Positions 34,877-46,661 of a DNA stretch of 64,000 bases are shown here, piece after piece (the first letter of the stretch is position 1; each line of letters opens with the position of its first letter). The translations under genes were made by a program, and so were the position numbers. The notes below the pieces were generated by a model. It was not told the origin of the DNA. It made no database searches and was given only the letters and a program-made list of their open reading frames with translations. The DNA lies in assembly GCA_010405405.1 (NCBI GenBank), contig MU004231.1, positions 3,832,884 through 3,896,883 of the forward strand, written 5' to 3'. The DNA is from Microthyrium microscopicum (Eukaryota).

Positions 34877-35917
34877 ATGGCGAATGAGCCAATTCATACC
34901 ACAAACGATCCCAAAACAGCTAATAATACAATAAGCCAACAAACAACACCACAATCACCATCACAGCAAGAAATACGATTCGACCCCACTTATCGAGGGC
35001 CTGGAGCCCCAGACGCACAGGGCAACACCATCCTCAATTTGTCGGCCCTACGATATCGTCTATCACAACTTCGATCCTCTGAGATCAAATCCACCGGCAG
35101 TCGCTCAACGGTTTCCAGTGTGCCCGTTCTGGTACGCTCATACTCCGCCGCACACCATATTCCCCACCCACCTCCTCGCCGCGATAACAACACAGCGCAT
35201 CGATCGATGAGACATAACCCTCGTATGGAGCCTTTACCTTCGTTGCCGCCCGTGGCAAATTTCTCATTCGCGCATGTACTGTTGACAGTTGATTCCGATA
35301 TCCAAGAGCCACTGGATGCAATTTCCTCAATATGTGCAAGATCTCGCTATAGTCTTGCTGATGAATACGGCTCTCATCTTCCACCCCAAGGCCAATTCGT
35401 TCAACCCGAGAATCGTGACAGCTCGAGTATAAATTCATATCCAGGAAGGCAAGGACTGTTCATCCGTACAAACGCATTGGCAGATAGCGCTTTAAGCGTA
35501 GTACACGAGGCATCGAGTAGCAGCGCTGCTTCTGACTCTGGTACAATGAAGAGCGCTTATGGATCACTACGACATGTTCTGTCTCGTCGAGGTACGGCAC
35601 GTACACTCGATACTGGAGAGGCTTCAGACAGTTATGTTGGGCACTCAGGATACTCCTGGATAGTGCAACGGGAAGGAAGAGAGTCAATCGTTTTGGCAGG
35701 AGACCCTCAACCGTCAAGTCAAATAATCACAGAGCCTGCAACTGAAGCGACCTACTCGCCACGCAATCGCGGGAAGACCTCGATTTTTGCTGTTCCTTTC
35801 TCGAAATCTTTTGGATTAACCTGGCTCTGGAGTAGACAGAGCCCAAGTACTGGGGTCACTGCGGAGTCTCTATTGCGCAACACTCTCCTCTCCTCCTCCG
35901 CGTCCGATGTCGGCTGA
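34877..35917 (+). CDS. Hypothetical fungal protein
   Basis: 346-codon ATG-initiated ORF with a structured-looking core LPPVANFSFAHVL...LDAISSICARSRYSLADEYGSHLPPQG. Confidence 0.7.
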   Translation: MANEPIHTTNDPKTANNTISQQTTPQSPSQQEIRFDPTYRGPGAPDAQGNTILNLSALRYRLSQLRSSEIKSTGSRSTVSSVPVLVRSYSAAHHIPHPPPRRDNNTAHRSMRHNPRMEPLPSLPPVANFSFAHVLLTVDSDIQEPLDAISSICARSRYSLADEYGSHLPPQGQFVQPENRDSSSINSYPGRQGLFIRTNALADSALSVVHEASSSSAASDSGTMKSAYGSLRHVLSRRGTARTLDTGEASDSYVGHSGYSWIVQREGRESIVLAGDPQPSSQIITEPATEATYSPRNRGKTSIFAVPFSKSFGLTWLWSRQSPSTGVTAESLLRNTLLSSSASDVG

Positions 35918-37010
35918 ACAACATGTTGGAGAAGAAAATTATCAATATCAACAGCATCTTACCAGGCAATTGGGCCCTATAATTCACCAATCAATCATAA
36001 GCGATACTTGGTGTTACGAAGACAAGCGATTCGGTCTATATGGTCGGCTTTTGAAAGCAATATATACGACTACAACATCCAAGCATACCTTGTGGGACAA
36101 GGATGAATTCATCGCCTCGAGAGACCTCTTTCATGAAGCGGATAAGATATACCCACGACAAATTATTGAACCCTTGTCTGGCCAAGTAAAATCATCTTCA
36201 AGCACAAATTGGTCGAAGGTGATATGCAGGAAGTCAACCATCGATGAGAGAAACGACATGTTCCCATCACAGGCGATAGGGAGTCAGTCGGTCAGTTTCT
36301 TCAGCGGCTGGCAGCCGCCTGACTCCTCGAGAATCGAGAAGAGCATCATCTTTACTACTCAAGTTGAAGCATCAGGGAGCGCCAAGAAGATTCAATTTCC
36401 ATTCCCACGCACAATATATTCATCATTTGCAACGCGTCCACGGTGATGGGGTACGAGAACCAAAGTCTACTGTAGATGCCGCAGAAGTACATAGCTGGTG
36501 GTGACGCTGATACTCATGTGAAATCAGTAGCAGTACATAGCAACTTTATGTTGTGTTTCATAGATATCATCCTATAGAACGAAAAATGAAGAGAATGTCG
36601 ACCTGAATTGAAACACATCGTGAGCATCTAGAGCTCAAATGTGCGATTAACGCTGCGGGCTGTTTGTCTTTGAGCGGGACCAGCAAAATGCCAATCATTG
36701 ATGATCGTCCTTGAATCATACCAGTGGAAACTGGTCAAAGGGCGAAGGTAGCGCTCATGGTAAGAAAGAGAAGAAGAAGAGTTGCGCCTAAATTTTGAGG
36801 AAGAAGACATTGCCAAGGTTGCCCGAATATTCCCCGAAACTCGTGGCTTGTGATTGGCCACGGCTTTTGGTGGGCTGTTCCGAGGTCTTGGCACTACTCA
36901 ATTGAGAATCCCAACGACTTCATCTTCATGTCCACAGCTCAACGTCGCGCGGTTTGGTCTGAATTGCAAACTAATTCCCTCTCCACTCTGTCAACAACTG
37001 AGCCAAAATC

Positions 37011-37588
37011 ATGCTCGCTCAACGCGCTATGCAAGTCTCAGCCAGGCGGTTGCTGCTTGGCCAACATGCTGTCTCCACAGGCCAGATGATGGGCATCCGG
37101 AGGTATCATCTCGCCTTATACGTACTTACAGGCTCATACTAACTCAATTGCTTCTTAGAACCGTAACAACTCAGAGTGGCGAAAGCGAAATCCTCATCAA
37201 GCAGCGTCTGAACCGACCTGTCGCCCCACATCTTACCATTTACGAACCTCAAATAACTTGGTATCCATCCATGTTCCACCGTCTGACTGGTGTTGCGCTC
37301 TCCGGACCTTTATATCTTTTCAGCATTGCCTATCTTGCGGCACCATATCTAGGATGGCACCTCGAATCGACTGTTCTTGCCACTTCTTTTGCTGCTTGGC
37401 CAATTGCAGCCAAGGCTATCGCAAAGACCACCATTGCATTACCCTTCGTCTTTCACTCGTTCAACGGCATCCGCCATTTGGCGTGGGATCTTCGTCTAGG
37501 ATTTTCAAAGGTTCAGGTGGCACGAACAGGCTGGTTCGTCATTGCTTTATCGGCGGTGACAAGCTTGTATTTGGGTCTGGCATACTAA
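37011..37588 (+). CDS. sdhC: Succinate dehydrogenase cytochrome b560 subunit C, 2 exons
   Basis: ATG at 37011 gives the transit peptide MLAQRAMQVSARRL. Intron at about 37103-37158. Motifs QRLNRPVAPHLTIY, HRLTG and FHSFNGIRHLAWD. Confidence 0.92.
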
Positions 37589-37981
37589 AGAAGGAAGTCA
37601 TATTTAGTTCCATCTATTCGGTCTTGAGGTGGCATTGGCAGGTCGGGAGCTTGTATGTATATGTGGCAATGAAATATTAACAATACACTTACTAGAAACA
37701 ACATGCGTTCTCTCAACCCAATTCACAATTGGGACAGGTCAATTCTCTGTCTTTTAATGTTGGTATATTGTTTCACGTGACCAAACACTTGCTCAGTGCT
37801 GAACATTTCCATCTTTTCCAAAAAGCCCTGACTAATACAACAATAGTATTCTTGCAGCCTACATATGAAACTCTCTCTCTCTCTCTCCCGCAAAAGAACT
37901 TTGACTACCTCGCCTGCCAGGATCCATGGTCTGCAGAATAACTGTTCACCGTGTGTTTGAACTGAATTACCGCTCGAAATA

Positions 37982-40072
37982 ATGATCTGTCCAGGTCCAC
38001 CTCTTCCACTTCCAAAGGGCTTTACAACAGCAGGCGACTACGTCGATTCGCTGTTAGACTTTGCGACAAAGTCACATATTTTGCACTACCTCTGTGGAGG
38101 TGTTCACATTCTAGACTTTTTCACTCAGAGTCCGGATCTCTATTGCACAATCATTCCCGAAGAATGGCGACAATGGTTTGATACACAAGACATCCAAGAT
38201 ATATTAGAGTTTCTACTGAGAGAGAACCCCGATGTCTCTGTATCCGCAAAAAGCCTTCACTCCACAGCTCAAGAGCCAAGAAGTAAAAATGGTGGCCCCA
38301 TGCCCCCGCAGTCTCTGCTTCAATATGTCTGCAGCATCAAAAAGCTGTGTTTGGATACTTCATTCTCGCCGCAAAAGAAAGAGGCATCAAAGGTGTCCAA
38401 ACCACGGCAATCAGTGAAGCAGAATAAATCAAACTATATGCCATCAAACCATGCTCTGATCGCAGGAATGAGCCCCAAGAAACAACATGAAGTACTACAC
38501 TTTGCAAGCTTCGTTGCCGAATTGACCGATTCTCTCAACGCAGCTATGGAAAAAACCAACAATTCGCTAATCTCTCACATTGTGGATTTTGGTTCTGGCC
38601 AAAACTACCTGGGCCGTACTTTGGCGACTAAACCTTACTGTAAAGATATTATCGCCATAGAGTCTCGGCCTCATGTGGTACAGGGAGCCAAGCGAATGGA
38701 TTATCGAGTCAATCTCGTAGCGAAAGAGGTAGTGATGAGAAATAAAAAGGAGTTTAGGAATAATTCTGGAACGAAGCAACTAAAGAAAAGTAATGGTTTG
38801 GCAGACGTTGACTTGGAAAGTCTAAGCACCTTTCAACCTTCAAACGATTCTTCAACTACCGAGGCCAGTCACAAGGAGGCGAAGTTGGATAGTGTTAGTG
38901 CTGCTGATTCTTCAATGGGGAGCGTACAGTACGTTGAGCACCAAATTTCAAGTGGAGATCTCGCACCAGTTATCGAGAAAATCAAAACCAAGCCTGATGC
39001 CGTGGACGTAGCTCGAGGCCACAACCCACGTTTTGAACACAAAATGATGGTAGTGTCGTTACATTCTTGTGGCAACCTCCTTCACCATGGCATTCGTAGC
39101 CTTGTTCTGAACGATTCTGTCCACGCTGTGGCCATGGTTGGATGCTGTTACAATCTAATGACTGAGCGATTGGGTCCTCCAACCTACATTTCACCATCAC
39201 TACAGCATACCTTCCCCCGAACTGCCCAAGCTTCGGCGCGACGGGATCCACATGGCTTCCCAATGTCGGAACGCCTAGCCACACTCCAACATACCATGAT
39301 AGAACCATACAACTACTTACGTCTACAACAGACGGTCGATTCAAATGAGATTGAAGGACTAGCATCGATTCAGACTGGACTACGGCTCAACCTCACCGCC
39401 CGGATGATGGCGGTTCAGGCGCCTCGGAACTGGACACCCGATACATCAGAAGGCTTTTTCACGCGGCACTTCTATCGTGCGTTGCTCCAACGAATTTTTG
39501 TCGACAAAGGGGTGGTAGATTCTCCGAATCATAATAGTCTCCGCTCAAGCGGTGTATCTCTGCCCGATACTCTCGATGGAACTTCACCAATTGTTATTGG
39601 AGCTCTTTCCAAAGGCTGCTACACAAGCTTCACTACTTATGTAAGGGGTGCAGTTGCCAAGCTTGAACAGATTGCTATCAAGGAACGAAGTGGAAATGGA
39701 CAAGCATCACGAACTTCCGACCAAACTTCCCTGATGGGCGATGAACTGCTTAAGCATAGAGCCAATAATTTTGATATCGCCTCTCAACTGGCAAAAGAGA
39801 AAGTCGGGGTGTTGACAGACGAAGAAATTTTAGAGTATGAGACTCGTTTTCAGCAGCGGAAGAAAGATCTGTGTATAGTCTGGAGTCTCATGGCTTTCAG
39901 CGCGCAGATTTTGGAAGCACTTATCTTGATAGATCGGTGGCTTTGGCTCAAGGAGCAGGATTGTGTGGAGGAAGCCTGGGTTCAGACGGCTTTTGAGTAT
40001 GAGAAAAGTCCTAGAAACATGGTGATCGTGGGAATAAAAAAGAGCCTGAAGTTCGAAGAGGACCACAGATAG
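37982..40072 (+). CDS. SAM-dependent methyltransferase, METTL25/RRNAD1-like
   Basis: GGVHILDFFT, GMSPKKQHEV, HIVDFGSGQNYLGRTLA, IIAIE, SLHSCGNL, VGCCYNL, LEALILIDRWLWL and SPRNMVIVG. Confidence 0.85.
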   Translation: MICPGPPLPLPKGFTTAGDYVDSLLDFATKSHILHYLCGGVHILDFFTQSPDLYCTIIPEEWRQWFDTQDIQDILEFLLRENPDVSVSAKSLHSTAQEPRSKNGGPMPPQSLLQYVCSIKKLCLDTSFSPQKKEASKVSKPRQSVKQNKSNYMPSNHALIAGMSPKKQHEVLHFASFVAELTDSLNAAMEKTNNSLISHIVDFGSGQNYLGRTLATKPYCKDIIAIESRPHVVQGAKRMDYRVNLVAKEVVMRNKKEFRNNSGTKQLKKSNGLADVDLESLSTFQPSNDSSTTEASHKEAKLDSVSAADSSMGSVQYVEHQISSGDLAPVIEKIKTKPDAVDVARGHNPRFEHKMMVVSLHSCGNLLHHGIRSLVLNDSVHAVAMVGCCYNLMTERLGPPTYISPSLQHTFPRTAQASARRDPHGFPMSERLATLQHTMIEPYNYLRLQQTVDSNEIEGLASIQTGLRLNLTARMMAVQAPRNWTPDTSEGFFTRHFYRALLQRIFVDKGVVDSPNHNSLRSSGVSLPDTLDGTSPIVIGALSKGCYTSFTTYVRGAVAKLEQIAIKERSGNGQASRTSDQTSLMGDELLKHRANNFDIASQLAKEKVGVLTDEEILEYETRFQQRKKDLCIVWSLMAFSAQILEALILIDRWLWLKEQDCVEEAWVQTAFEYEKSPRNMVIVGIKKSLKFEEDHR

Positions 40073-41936
40073 TCACGTTGATGATCTTCAAATCGACCAT
40101 GATACTCGGTTAGAAACTTATGTACAAAGGTCATCTTTAAGTTTGGTGTAGTCTAAAAAACACCTGGCTGGAAAGCATCTGACTCTGTATAGGTTCCCAC
40201 CAAAGCCTATCGTATACAAGTGTACCCTGAAAGCGTGCTCTTATGATCTGAGATGGCCTACCTGAACAGGCTTACTAGTAGACAGCCTAAACAACATAAA
40301 TAGCTTCCATGCAGAGACAGCATGGTACCGGTAATCACGAAAAGACAAGTCCCTGCTTGGGACGACGACAACACGCCAGATTACCAGGCATCGAATTATC
40401 GAATATAAACAATGATTTTTGGAACTAACGCAGACTTGAATATAAAAGCCATAGCTTCAATCAAAGGTGTAGATCAAAATGCCGACGTGGTCAATGAACG
40501 TCATTTAACTATGCCACGTCTAATCTGATTGACTGTTTCAGCATCTTGTGCCAGAAAGCATATTGGACGCCATACTAGAGATCTTGAATAGTTTCCAAGA
40601 GGTTTACGAAATAGAACTGCCAACTGATAACAGAGTAGGTAGTGTACTTGGATAGCCGAACTCCAGCCAAGGAGAAGATATCGAAGCTTACCTCATGCAA
40701 TATTAAAATTGCAATCATATAATGGTATCAAAGCCAAACTTAAAATAATGCAAGTTTTGCTATATGAAGAAAATAGTTGCAGTAGCCGAGGCGATAAACA
40801 GGAGGGCGCATAAACTCATGGAATCTGATTCGCGGTTGGTGGTCCAGTTGACATGAAATTGACAACGCATCGATGTGATGCGTTGGCCCACAACAACGAA
40901 TGGGCGAAAGATGACTTAGTGCTACTAGTAGCCATCAAACAGCAAAAGCATCAATTGCAGGTGGTAGGAGGTCGGGTTCAGGTCAGGGTCCAAGGATCAA
41001 ATGAATAACGCAGGAGATGAGAGGTTCACAGCCAAGAGACGGGATATCCTTGGAAACCTAGTGGTTCAAAGTTCCAAACACTCATGTAGGAAAGATAATA
41101 GAAGATTCAATATCGTCTGGCGTAGCTACAATGTAGAAAATACTCATAGTGAGTGGGGCAACGAGGTTTCGAAGCTGTGTGAGTCACGGCTACAATTGGC
41201 TGTCGGCGAGCTCTCAGAGATGGTGAATCAGAGAAATAGAGGACTTTACATGTTTCAGTGAATACCATCGACGACAGTTTTGGTAACGTAGGAGCTGTAC
41301 TCTAGAGTAGTAGAGTAGTAAAGGGAATGGTGGCGACTGCGGTCTTATATGCAGCTGGACCTGTTTGGAAAACTTTACATTTGCCAACGCATGCACGCAT
41401 ATAACGGTCTTTCCTACTAGCTGTAGCGATTGGGCAGAAACGCTGGTTGAGAGGTGCTGAACTCGATAAGTTTGTCCAGGCTCAGTGTTCATCCGGTCAA
41501 ATCACCAAAGCACAAAGCCCCAAGCATGAAGCGGTGAGAGCAGCTGGAAGATTCATGGTGCGATGAAATGATTTCCATGGACTTTTGATTCTAGGACCTT
41601 TCGGAACCGTAGAGCTGTATCGCAGGTGATAGGCACAAACCCCTGTTATACAATGCTGAAAGCGGTCTGACAAGCCGCGAGCGTATGGATGGGTGTGGGG
41701 AGTGGTTGATACACCATGAGCTACCGGTGGGTACCGTACACGTACAGTAGAATATACAGTTCAATACCAAGGGCGAGTGCTAAGAGGTACTGAAACCAAG
41801 CCAATCAAGATCCTGTCCTGCACAAGAGTCAGCAGAAAAGCATGAAATGATTCAAGGATGGGGAATGTCTAGCCGCATTGCCACTGGACAGTGGCACTGG
41901 TCGAAGTTGAAGTTGGAGTTGGAGTCTGGTGTCCTA

Positions 41937-44900
41937 TCTCTGCTGCGCGTTCTGAGGTTGAAAGGGCAAAATGTGGCCTGTTGATTCAGCTGCAGATCTA
42001 GGAATCTAATTGGGGGAGACCCTGGACTAGAGGAGTATACTACAGTGCAAATTTATATAGTAGCGTGCTTAGTAGTCCTACATAATACTAGGGATAATAT
42101 ATCTTAATATTTAACTTTATATATTCTTAGTATTATTTAAATCCTTAGATCTTACTCGTTTTAACTAATCTCGTTATGGCGTCTCTTCCTACGACGAATA
42201 TAGGTAGGCACCTTAACAGATTTAAACGCCATTAGGTACAAGATATAATCCTTTAAGAATACTTAGCTCGTAAGATTATGAGCACTCTTAACTATTCCTT
42301 ATAGATTATCACTTACTAGCGAAAGAAGCTTAAAATAACTACTTTATTTAATACCGTTAGAGTCGTTCAATAGCGGCCCTTAATTAATTCTTTAAAAACT
42401 ATTATATTAGTAGAATATCTAATGTTAAAACCTGATTCTACTTAATTTGAAATAGTAGATTACCTAACGGATGTCTTTAACGTTAAAGTAAGCCATAATA
42501 TAGTATACTAAGCGCTAAAGCACATAAAATAGACCAAAAAGAGGGTAAGTAATTACCATCATTACTACAACTTTATTTAATCAATTCTTATCGTATTTAT
42601 ACTAAAACAGTGCTATAATATAGCTATTCAATGGTCCTTACACCTCTAACAAGAATTCTATAACGAAATGAATAATTATTATCTAGATTAGATTGTTTAT
42701 ATAGATAAATATGGCGTAGGAACTAACTATTTAGCCTATAGGATAAGATAGAGCCTAAAGGGTATAGAATGTACTATATTCTTACTACTTTAAAGCTCTA
42801 AGAAGTAGAATATACTACTAGTATATACTATATAAGGAATTTTAGTAATAGATCTATATTAATATAATACTAATAGCAAGAGATTTACCTATTAGTATAA
42901 ATATAACCTAATTCTAAAGTATTCTTCCTTCTCTACGCCTAGGAATTTAGTTGTTATAATAGATAACGCGCGCTTTTACTAAGCTAAAGATTTAAGGGCT
43001 TTTTTTAATCGTTTTAGTATTTAACTAGTATTTTTGCCTCCCTATAGCCCTAATTTTAATCCTATTAAGTAATTATTTAGTAATTTAAAAAAGTAGCTTT
43101 AATTAAATAATAGGCTTTATTAAGAAGGAAGATAAGAAGGTTAGCTCTTTAAAGAATATCTTAAGTTAGGATTAAAGGAACTTAATACTAGCTAGCAAGT
43201 AATAAAGCACTTTAAATATAGTAAATTTAATATTTAGCAATAGCTTATAACTATCTTATTCTATCTAACTCTCTTCTATAAGTCGTTTAGCTTCCTTTTA
43301 AGCCTAATTATGCTATTTCTTAACCTAAACGATAAAATAGCTTATAGTATTCTTTTTAATATTAGGGTTAATAGTAGTAAAGACCCTAATATCTTCTTCT
43401 ACTACTACTTAACTAATTCTTACATACTTACTTTAATAAACACCTAGAATTAACTTCACCTATTTAAACTAAGACGTCTTAATACCTATATAATAAGATA
43501 ACTACTCCTTAAATATCTTTAACTCTTTATTAGGATTGAAAATAATTAGATTTAATAGCGCGCGTAGTAGTAGACTACTAATACGTAAAATATTAATATT
43601 TAGGGTCGTAGTATTAACTACTAGCTTCTCCGCGCCTATAGCTACTATGGCCTAAATATCTACTAGCGTAAAGCTAAAATATAGGTTATTACTATTAAAG
43701 TGCCTTAAATTGTTTTTATCTTTACTACTACGCTTACCCCTAGAATAGGAATTCTTATTAAACTATTTACTAGTGCTAGGGGCAAAGATCTCTATTAAAA
43801 TCTTATCTAGAGGGCGTTTATTAAAGCTCTCTTAAGGCTCTATAGGACTAATAATATTAGCCTAATAACGAAGGGTTCCTAGATTAATAACTAGGTGCTA
43901 GTTACTACTTCTAATGACGTAGTAATGTCCCTTAAGCTTTGCTATAGGGTAAAGTAGTTTATAGTAACTATAAGTACTAGATAATATAGCGTAGGTGTTA
44001 GTATTATTATAAAGTTAATTCTTAGTAATAATAATATTAATTTTAGTATTATTAGTATCTTTTTAGGAGTTATTTTAGGCCTCTAGTTCTTTTAATATTA
44101 TAAACTCTTTAGGGGTGCCGTTAGCTTTATTTACTATCTATATTATCTCTTATTTAGGTATAACTAGTTTAGGTAGTATAGTACCTATTTTAGAATAGTT
44201 AAAGAAGCGTTTCTTAACCTTTACTAGTTCTTATTTAATATCTAGTCTATTCTCCTTAAAAGTGAATAATATAAATAGATTCTTACCTAATTCTTTAATA
44301 GAAAGTTAAAGATACGTCTATATAGACGTTATTAAGCTTAGAGGATAATGTTATTCTTTAGCACGCTAATTCTTCTACTTTAGAGCTTCTTTCTAACTAT
44401 TAGAAAGTGTTATAAATACTTCTATAGTTATCTTATTTAGTTAAGGCTTATTCCCTTCCTTTTTAATATTATATTTACTAATCTTAGTAGAGATAATTAG
44501 TATTAGCTCGCTATTAATTTAAATTAGTATAATTAAACTACTTCCTAGTTATAATAGCAGCTCTAAAACTTAAGATATAGTTAACTCGTTAAATCTAGGC
44601 TATTAAGATCTCTAGCTAGCGTTTGCCCTATTATTTATCTCTTCTATATAGCTAATTAAAGAGCTAGGAATTACTATTAAAGAGCTTTGATTTTAGCTCT
44701 ATATTAGACTTCTAGCAAGTATCTAGAAGGTATAGATATCTTAAGATACTATAGGAGCTATTCCTAGAACTAGAACGTTATTTTAGCCTATTTTACTTAT
44801 AATCTAAGTAAGTATATCTACTAGCGTCTTAGGTATTAATTTATTAGTCTTCTTCCTATAAGTAGGGCGTTAAGTAGCGATAAGATCTAGATCTACTAAT

Positions 44901-45256
44901 ATAGGGCGTTTACTTAATATAATTACTAAGAATAATAACGATAAGGCTATTTGCTAATAATTTAATAGGAATCTAGCTCTTTTAGGCTTTTAAACGGTAT
45001 AAAGATTAATTAATTACAATATATCCTTAATAAGGAATTCCTACTCTAAAATCTATATATTTTAGCCTATCTTTAGATTACTAGGGAGCATTATAAAACT
45101 AGCATTACTTTATAGCTACTAATAGTCTAATTATATACAAATCTACATACTAACGTACTCCTTAATCCTGTCGTGTGATCCAATCAGATTCCTAGATCTA
45201 CAGCTAAATCAACAGGCCACATTTTGTCCTTTCAACCTCAGAACGCGCAGCAGAGA
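41937..45256. mobile_element. 3320-bp Tc1/mariner (DD34E) DNA transposon, RIP-inactivated, with 77-bp TIRs and TA target-site duplication
   Basis: 41937-42013 is the reverse complement of 45180-45256 with 4 transition mismatches. TA at 41935-41936 and 45257-45258. The interior is extremely AT/TpA-rich and has no intact ORF in the six-frame track. Confidence 0.93.
42176..43237 (+). pseudogene. RIP-degraded DD34E transposase with one intron
   Basis: ATG at 42176. Intron GTAAGT 42545 to CAG 42610 keeps the frame. In-frame VYID(K)YG (D at 42704), VI(I)DNARF (D at 42962) and FLPPYSP(N)FNPI(K) (E-position codon AAG at 43067, 34 residues after the second D). Stops are TAA/TAG, as expected from C>T and G>A RIP. 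Confidence 0.88.
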
Positions 45257-46661
45257 TATTTCGGGCTCATAGGCTGGAGAAGTGTAGAAGAGTACTATGC
45301 CCGACATCAGATGTGGATGAAACTTTTCGGATGGTTTAGATCAATTGCGTTCTTTTGCGATAGCTAGGTAGTTTGCATCTGGATGGCATTTTAGACCGTT
45401 CATGGTATCAAAATACTAAGGCAGTAGCCAGGACCAGGAGATGAATGGTTGATTGATGGTTGGAGATAGGTATTCCCAGTTCCCACTGCCCAGCCATCTC
45501 TCATCTCATGGTCCGATCCAACCCTATTCTCCTCATTCCAAACAATCAAGACCAACTTAATTTTCTTCATCTTCAATCTCATAGTACTGGTATCCTTACT
45601 CTCAACAAAGGCATACACTCAGGCGGCCTGTTGTTGTGTTGTTGTGTTGTTGCTGTTGCTGCTTCTTCTCAACTGCGCGGTACAGGTACCAGGACTCTAC
45701 TCTAGAGTAGTACTCTATGCTGCAAACCTGCAACTTCCCCGCTAAGCTGTTGACTGTGATTCGAAAAGTGCTCTGCTTACTTCTCCATGCTTCTCCACTC
45801 CTAGTCTCCTACGCTTCTTCTACTCTAGTCCTCTAGTCCTCTAGTCCTCTACAAACTACTCCACCATACTCTCCTATCACCAACTCTTTATTCTCTTCCC
45901 TTACTCTACTCTACCTTCCACGCATATTTTCTGTCCCTTCACTTGCTTCGCCCCGCCAAATAACAACTGTTCCTCTCTTTCTGATCAGTCGGCCAAACCC
46001 GCGCATCGCCCAACTGTTCGCTGTGCAGCTTTCAAGGCCATACATCTTTCGCCCTCATTCGCAAACCCATACGCTACTGGCCACGCTGTGCTACTTCGCC
46101 TGGGCAGCCTTGATTTATGTACTATTCACCAACGCAATTAACCATGCCGTTGTAGCACTCGACTTAGTCGACTAGACTCTGCGCCCACCTGCGCATTCTG
46201 TCCAGCCAAATATGCAACAAAGCCAGCAAGTCCACTCAACGTCTCCCTCCGCCACGTCTCCTCGTAAGTTATTTTTTATTAGTCGCTTTTTCCTACAGTC
46301 CCAATTCATCTTGTTACATATCACTCCATTGCCCTGTTGCGCCGGCTCAATGTTGTTGCTGCGTTGCCCTGTGGCAGACCAATAGCCTTGCCGCCAGCCT
46401 CGACCGGTACCTTCTTCTGCACCGTTTCTGTATGATGCGTTGTCAAGCCGACTTACACGCCCCCTCGCTCTCACAGCTCTCACACGCCGTGCTTCCGACT
46501 GCTCAAGAAGCCTCACGCCCTCTGCTTCCGACCTAAATGAGCCTCTACCTCATCCCTCTCCCTCCCCGTCGATTATCTCCCCTCTACCTCCCTCACCCTC
46601 GCCGACGGGGGACACTATCTCCAAGGATGCGAGTCCTGATCTAAGTCTTCATCGTCCCAAG

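Noticed and set aside
35907..36446. 179-aa ORF overlapping the end of the upstream gene
   Set aside because: No recognisable domain and it lies in the probable 3' UTR/intergenic region; cannot be supported.
36854..37010. Long N-terminal extension of SdhC in the ORF track
   Set aside because: A better model uses ATG 37011 with a typical transit peptide and one intron; the extension is read-through of UTR and intron.
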